64,000 nt of DNA from the human T2T-CHM13v2.0 reference genome, Homo sapiens. The position numbers and the translations under genes are program-made. The stretch is from assembly GCF_009914755.1 (NCBI RefSeq), contig NC_060933.1. One strand, given 5' to 3'. A model generated the notes under the pieces. The model saw only the letters and a list, made by a program, of their open reading frames with translations. It ran no database searches and had not been told where the DNA came from. Of the stretch, positions 56,603-64,000 are shown one piece after another. Within the stretch, counting starts at the first letter, position 1, and the number at the start of each line of letters is the position of its first letter.

Positions 56603-57574
56603 AGAAACCAGAGGCTTAGAATTTGAGAGGTGGAAGGAGGCAAAGTGTTTAGTCCAACTTCTATCATTTTACAGATAAGAAAACCAAGGACTTGGAAGAA
56701 CATGGAAGGGGAAGCTTTTAAATCTAAAAGTTCACTTACATGAACTGTTTTAAAAAGATTCCTTAGCTGCCAAACTACAGAGTTCATGAAGCTATGAAGT
56801 AAGGTAGTATAGCTTTTGGTGTTTTATTGTTGTTGTTCTTGTTTTTGTTTCTTTTTTTTGTTTGTTTTTAGTAGCCGAGGATACTGAGGAAGATGAGACG
56901 AGAAGAGGAAGTACCTTGCCAACGTTTACACAAGAGATTAACCTGGAAGCTACGCTAAGAGCTTTGTCTTTAGATCCTGGGTTTTCTTTGCATCAGACCC
57001 ATACCCCTTCCAACCCCCATAAACCGAGAATAAGAGATTAGCCCACTACTTCCCCTCCCAGAAATTCACAGGACAAGAGTGTGCTTCCTCTGTAATAATA
57101 GGGAATGTGTCCATTGTCAGAGACTTAGAGTCATACATGTCTTCTGAGACTGAGAAAAACAAAAAAAAAGTGTGAAAATTAAATCAGAAAAGATGAACTT
57201 TTAAATTGGAAAAGATCTAATTTCATAGAAGGAGCCAATACCCAAAAGGGTAATCACTTTCTAGCTTTTGGAAGGTTACATTGTGTAAAGAAAGGAGCAA
57301 GGGCTCGGGAGCCCAGATGACCCAGATTCTCATTTCTCTTCCCAGGCTAGACCTTCACCAGCCATGCATCCTTGCATAGGTTAGTTAACCTTCCTAAACC
57401 TCTATTTCTTTGCATGTAAGATGGGAGTAAAAATAACCACTTCATATGGTTGCTTTGAGAATTGAATATAAAACAACTAGCCTGTGGGAGGTCTCTCATA
57501 ATTTTTCTTCCTAAAAGGAGGACCCAAGACTGAAAACAGGCTTCCTTAGTCCCAGATTCTATTAAAAAATTTGA

Positions 57575-57868
<294 letters not shown>

Positions 57869-58920
57869 TGGATATTTCTGGATGGGGAGCATGTAACTAC
57901 CTCCCTGGGCCCCCATTTCTCATCTTTTGCAGTGGATACCACCTGAAGCAGCTACCAAGTTCTCTACACCTCTCTCACTTTGGGAATGACCTCGGTACAC
58001 AGAGGTGGAATGCTGGTGGCCATGCTTGGCCCTAGCCCCAAGCCATAGCTACTGGCCCAGAAGTACACCTTGTATATAAGCCAGGCCATTCAGAGTTTTT
58101 CCCTGGGATTTTCTTATCAGAACTAAAGGGAGAGAAAGGAAGAGTCTCAGTCTCTCTCAGGTGGTAGTCATGAAATATGAGTGGTAGGAACCACAGCCCT
58201 ATAGAGGAAGCCAGCAGTTTATCTAATGGAACTGGCATGCAGAAATGGAAGACATAAAGAAAGGTGCAATTCTGTTAAGTGAAGTCCCAGATTCCAAGTG
58301 TCCCTACAACCCAGATATACCCTTTACACAAGGCTTGCAAAATGCTCCAGTGTTTTCTGGTGGAAGAATATCTTCTTGCTTAAGGTAATATTTTGCCTAA
58401 GGATTTCTCTCCATTGGGTTGAACTGGATGATCATTAAGGCTTCTTCATCCCTTAATCATCTGTGGTTCTTAAATGTGGACTGAAATACCTACTGTACTT
58501 TTATCCTGGGATCCTAAGACTTAAGGACAGAAGAGATTCTCAAGACCCAGGATGATAAGCCACAGGGATAAAAATTTCTAATATATTTTTTCTATACACC
58601 TTCCTATGACTTATCCCCCACTCCTAAAGCTAGCAGTATTATTTATATATATGTATGTATAACAATTAAATAGCATTTCATATCTTACAGTGTTCTTTAT
58701 CATATAGAAAATTTATAACACCCCTGCATGGAGGTGTCACTCTTTTTGCTACTGTTATAGAAACTGGTTTTTTGGTCTTTCCTGGCTTAAATCTCCAGTC
58801 TTCTCAGGGAGCCCAACCCTGGAAAAACCTATACCATCTCCACCACTCCTAGGTCAATCAAGTCTTACAGCAAGAGTTTTCAGTTCTGTGGTCCTGACAT
58901 ATCCTTTGCTCTTGAGTCAA

Positions 58921-59294
58921 TGCATTAGTCTGTTCTTATACTGCTATAAAGAACTATCTGAGACTGGGTAATTTATGAATAAAAGAGGTTTAATTGACTC
59001 ACAGTTCTGCAGACTATACAGGAAGCATGACTGGGAGGCCTCAGGAAACTTACAATCATGGCAGAAGGATGAAGGCGAAAGAAGGCACATCCACACACGG
59101 TGGCAGGAGAGAGAGCAAAGGAGGAAGTGCCACACACTTTTAAACCATCAGATCTTGTGAAACTCACTATCATGAGAACAGCAAGGGGAAAATCTGCCCC
59201 TATGATCCAATCACCTCCCACCAGGTTCCCCCTCCAACATTGGGAATTACAATTCAACATGATTTGGGTGGGGACACAGAGCCAAACCATATCA
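58921..59294 (-). mobile_element. MSTA-like MaLR solo LTR
   Basis: tgcattagtctgttc...ggaagcatgactgggaggcctcaggaaacttacaatcatgg...gccaaaccatatca; perfect TSD gtcaa. Confidence 0.93.
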
Positions 59295-59649
59295 GTCAAC
59301 AACGCCTATTGTAGGCTCACACTGTTAACGTATTCTTAAAATAGCCACTAGGGTCACCTGCAAGAAGCCCTGCAAATTGATTCACTTGAATGGTGTTTTC
59401 AGCACCCATAGCACTGGGGCCTAAGAATACGTGCCAGGGAGAATGTCAGAAATGCAAAATATAAGACTCCTAGCCCCAGCAGGTCACCACCTGGGTGGGA
59501 AGGAGGTCACTGACACAGATAGCGGCAACCTTCTAGGGATTATGTTATGATCCAGGCAGGTGCTACATTATCCAAGGAAAGAGAACAGCAAACCCACTCC
59601 ATGAGTTCTGAGAAGGCTTTCCAGGAAACAGCACAGCTGAGTCTTGAAT

Positions 59650-59860
59650 CATCTCAGCCACTTCGCAGTTCTGTAACTTTGGGCAAGTAACCTTATCTCT
59701 GGCATGTTAGTCTTCTCTGTAAAATGGAAATAATAATTGTGCTCCCTCATAGGCTTGTTGTGTGTATTAAATGAATTAATGCGTGTAAGGTACTTAAAAC
59801 AGTGATGGGCACACAGTTAGTATTTAACACCCATTAGCCATTGTCATCATCATTATCATC
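59650..59860. mobile_element. MIR SINE
   Basis: tgtaactttgggcaagtaacc...ctgtaaaatggaaataataa...tattaaatgaattaatgcgtgtaaggtacttaaaacagtg. Confidence 0.8.
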
Positions 59861-60019
59861 ATCATTAAAAAGTAAGAGTTTATCACAGAGGCAGGCAGGG
59901 TAGGATGTCAGTCAGAGGGAATGACAGGGCTGTGTAAAAGCATGTTATACTTGGAGTTTGGCAAATTGCGCCAGCTTGCTGCAAAGTCAAGTGTGTAGGG
60001 ATCTTAGGAGCTGATTCTC

Positions 60020-60243
60020 CAGGTATCACCAAACTTTTTCAATAGAGAGTCAGATAGTAAATATTTTAGGTTTTGTGGGCCAAGGGCCAGCGTCCTTAAC
60101 TTTTTAAGCAACTATTCTCTCCAAAAGTATAATGGTTTGTTTAGCACTTTATGTTTAAAAATGTCAAAACCATGTTTTTTGTTCATGGAACATATAGGTT
60201 GTGGGTTTTATTTGGTCCATGAGACACAGTCTGCTAACCCCTG
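60020..60243. mobile_element. MER58-type hAT MITE
   Basis: caaactttttc...gtcagatagtaaatattttaggttttgtgggcca...cagtctgctaacccctg. Confidence 0.8.
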
Positions 60244-61303
60244 CTGCAGAAAGCAACTAGGAGCTGGGCTGTTAAAGACAGCATAGGCCTTGCTAAGGAG
60301 GATGAGCTTCTCTAGGCAGGGGAAAGGCAAAGGGTTTAAACGGAACTTCAAGATCAGATTCGCATGTGGCAAAGTAACATAGAGAGTGGATTGGGGTGAA
60401 GAGGGAGGGGCAAGCTTAAGCTAGCAGTCTAATTAGAAAATGACTATAATTGCAATGGAAGTGATATTTGTACAGAGGCAGTACTGATGAGGATGCTGAG
60501 AGATATTTAGGGGCAAAATTAACATAACTTGTCTGGATTTAGCCAGTAAGAGAGAAAACAGAACACTCAATGTATCTGCTTATGTAAAGACAGATAGACC
60601 TCTACTTAGGGTAGAAGTGAGTGCCCCATCCCCAGAAGCATTCAAACAGAGCATAGATTCCCACCTGACAGGTATTCTGCAGACAGCAATGAATGGAAAT
60701 AGAAGCAGATAAAGTATCTTCTAGCTCTGAAGGCCCACAGTGCTATGGCTCTGTGATCGTCTTTATCAATCTAACAGGCACAAACGATTTGTTTAGTCAA
60801 TGAGGGATATAGACAAACTTCACCCCTCAATATGAATCACCTTAATTTTGCAGAAAGCTGTCTATTTTCTATAGTGCTCACATCCATTATCTCTCTGAGG
60901 AGCCTGGAACAGGACTCAGACCTGAAACACACTGGACAAACATGAGACGGTTATCATTATTTTAAAAATATGCTTCAGTTGAATATAAAAGTTCTTTACA
61001 TTATTTCAAGTTTAGTGCAGTTATTCTGACTTGGGAACAGCAAATTATTCACTTCTATACCCCTATAATTTCTTGGACAATAGTTGGCACATTGCAATAG
61101 TACACAAATATTTGTTAAATCCTAGCAATCCAGCAGGAGCCAGCTTGGAAAGCATTTCCTCCACGTGGCCTTCCACCATGATGCTATAGAAAAGACCCGC
61201 TCGTGTCATCACTGGCTCCCACTGCAATGAGAACAGCATCATTGTTGATAATAACAGACACCTTTTTTTGGTATTCCTTGTGTGGCAGGTGAGGTGAGGG
61301 TGA

Positions 61304-61921
<618 letters not shown>

Positions 61922-61996
61922 TAATGGGATAGATGCCATTGCACTGCCCATTTTACGGATGATAAAGTTGCAGCCCAAAGAAGTGAAAGGCTAATT

Positions 61997-62131
61997 TTAT
62001 TTTATTTATTTTTTAAAGACGAGGTCTTGCTATGTTGCCCAAGCTGGACTTGAACTCTTGGTCTCCTGTGATCTTCCCACTTCAGCCTTCAGAGTAGCTG
62101 GGATTACAGGCACCTGCCACCACACCCAGCT
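61997..62131 (-). mobile_element. FLAM (free left Alu monomer)
   Basis: gaggtcttgctatgttgcccaagctggacttgaactc...cacacccagc; monomer length; flanking aggctaatt on both sides. Confidence 0.85.
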
Positions 62132-62280
62132 CACACAGGCTAATTATTGAATAACCCCTGCTTTTCCAGCAGACACAATGAGGGCATTTTTGTATCTGTT
62201 TATTCAAGGAGGGAGACATTGGGGCTGTTAGGTGTGCCTGGACTGGTAATAAGGTCTTTTATCATAACCCTCCCAAAGTC

Positions 62281-62890
62281 TCAGGGCGGCTGTGGCCAAC
62301 ACGCGTCTCCAGGCCCACAGGCTCTGAGGCGGAAACCACAGTTCCAGGTCCCCAGGCTCCAGCCGCCAATGCGGCTACCGACCAGCAGAGGGCAGCTGCG
62401 GGAAGCCGTCCAAAGGCGGCCTCCACCCCCATTAGTGCCAATTAAGCCGCGAGATGCAAGAGGCGAGCGCGTGGTGAAAGAAAACACATCTACTTCTGGG
62501 TTGAGCTAGGCTGGGTGATCTGCTGGGAGGGACGTTGACCTGCTTCCAAAAAGCCGGCTGGATGGTGCCGTGGTGGCTGCCTGCAAAGGAACACCGGCCT
62601 ATGGGAACCAGACCCTGGGGCTTCCCGCGAGCTTCTCTTCCTCCAGCCAGCAAAACAGGAAAAGCCTGGCCCAGGGACGGAGGGAGATGTTGTGGAGCAG
62701 ACGGACTGGCTGGAGCCAAAGGGCAGCCTCTTTGGAGCAGAAAAACAAACCCAGACATATCAAGAGATGCACAGGATGTCCCCAAAGCGCGTGCTCACGA
62801 AACAGGGTGAAACACACACACATTCAGAGTGAGCAACAGTCCCAGCCTGACTGATAAAATCCGGACAATCTCAAGCAAATCGCGATGGTT
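62281..62890. promoter_or_regulatory. CpG-rich candidate regulatory element
   Basis: about 29 CpGs by manual count, 15 of them in 62281-62472, against a CpG-depleted background; no repeat recognised. Confidence 0.6.
62382..62396 (+). promoter_or_regulatory. CTCF core motif
   Basis: CCAGCAGAGGGCAGC fits the CCASYAGRKGGCRS consensus. Confidence 0.65.
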
Positions 62891-63039
62891 GGTTACTTGT
62901 CAGCTGAATACACATGCAGGCTGTGTACATCCACAGGCACAAGTGTATAGATGTAGCACAAATACCCCCCGTCCCCCCGCCACCGCCACCAAATAAATGC
63001 AAATGTTTACCCACTCAGGCATAGGCACATTGAGGCTGG

Positions 63040-63200
63040 AGGCTGCACTGGTTTGAATTCAGAAGGTCTAAATTCCAGTCCCAGCTTTGCCCCAAATCTG
63101 TGCCACCTCGAACAAGTTACCAAACCATTTTGGTTCTCAGTTTCCTCATTTGTAAAATGGAGGAGTCAAGCCCGTCAGGTTTCTTAAAATTATACAGCTT
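63040..63200. mobile_element. MIR SINE
   Basis: aaattccagtcccagctttgcc...ctcagtttcctcatttgtaaaatgg. Confidence 0.7.
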
Positions 63201-63619
63201 TAAAGCATTAAGTTCTCCAAGGAAGCCTGGGACTGCTTCTTATTTCTTCACCAAATCTCTAACCTTAGGGGAGGAACCAGCAAGATGGCCCAGTCCAAGT
63301 CCCTGGCCCCAAACCATTTCATGCAACAGCTCTATGGATGTTCTTATCTATCTGACAACCTGGAAATCTTTAAGTCAGCGCGTGTATGATCGTCTCCCTG
63401 TGAACACGATCGTACTGAATATGCAATTTCTTTTTCTGTCCTCCTTCTTCACTTAACTTTAGTACAGAGCATAAGAATTTCACAAACATGTTTTTAAATG
63501 GCCATGAAATGTTTCCTTAAATGGATAACTGTACCCCTCAGTTCGCTTTTTCTTGCGCGCCTCCCCATGTCCACCCCACACCCTGCGTTAGCTACTATAA
63601 ATAATACTCCACAAAAAAA

Positions 63620-64000
63620 AAAAAAATCTTCATGCATGTATCTTTTTTCTATTTTTGGATTTTTTTCTTTAGAAAAAAAATCCCAGAAATTAAATTACTA
63701 AAATTATATCTTATTTTAAGAGTCTTCATGCATATTGCCAAATTGTTTTCCAAAACGGTCGCCCTAGTTGACATGTCTACCAGGAATGCGTGAGATTCTT
63801 TATATCATCCCATTCTCAAAAGCATTGACATCCTCTTGTTTTTGTTTAAACTTTGCTAATTCAATAGGCAAAAAATGTTATCTCATGGTTTTAATAAGCC
63901 TTTCTTTGATTATTAGAGAGAGTGAACGTTTTTTTTTCTTGTGTTTGTTAACCAGTTGCATGTATTTCCTCTTTTGAGAATTGTCTGTTCTTGCCCTCTG
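63620..64000 (-). mobile_element. Ancient L1M(E) fragment, runs off the window
   Basis: atattgccaaattgttttccaaaa...tttgctaattcaataggcaaaaaatgttatctcatgg...gagaattgtctgttc. Confidence 0.75.

Noticed and set aside
62923-62959. Short imperfect hairpin tgtgtacatccaca...tgtatagatgtagcaca
   Set aside because: Too short and mismatched for a pre-miRNA; explained by alternating purine-pyrimidine composition

Overview
Primate (human-like) non-coding genomic DNA, intronic or intergenic. It is AT-rich and dense in old interspersed repeats (MIR, L2, MLT1/MST/THE1 solo LTRs, hAT MITEs), with several Alus and L1s. No host protein-coding exon, RNA gene or processed pseudogene could be supported; every recognisable ORF is a decayed L1 ORF1/ORF2 fragment or an Alu/LTR/microsatellite artefact. 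I found no evidence of a new multi-gene system. The notable signals are molecular-event fossils read directly from the sequence: (1) a MADE1 MITE carrying a 56-bp copy of DNA from ~680 bp downstream; (2) a ~5.3-kb L1PA7-like element with an 88-bp 3' transduction inside its target-site duplication (TSD); (3) three mosaic partial copies of an apparently non-TE ~460-bp unit at 48.0/49.4/53.2 kb; (4) a twin-primed (5'-inverted) old L1 later split by THE1C; (5) a three-arm Alu inside one TSD; (6) an old dispersed duplication with a near-identical 50-bp core; (7) a CpG-rich pocket with a strong CTCF motif at 62.3-62.9 kb. Subfamily names are from recall of consensus sequences, and the boundaries of old repeats are approximate.
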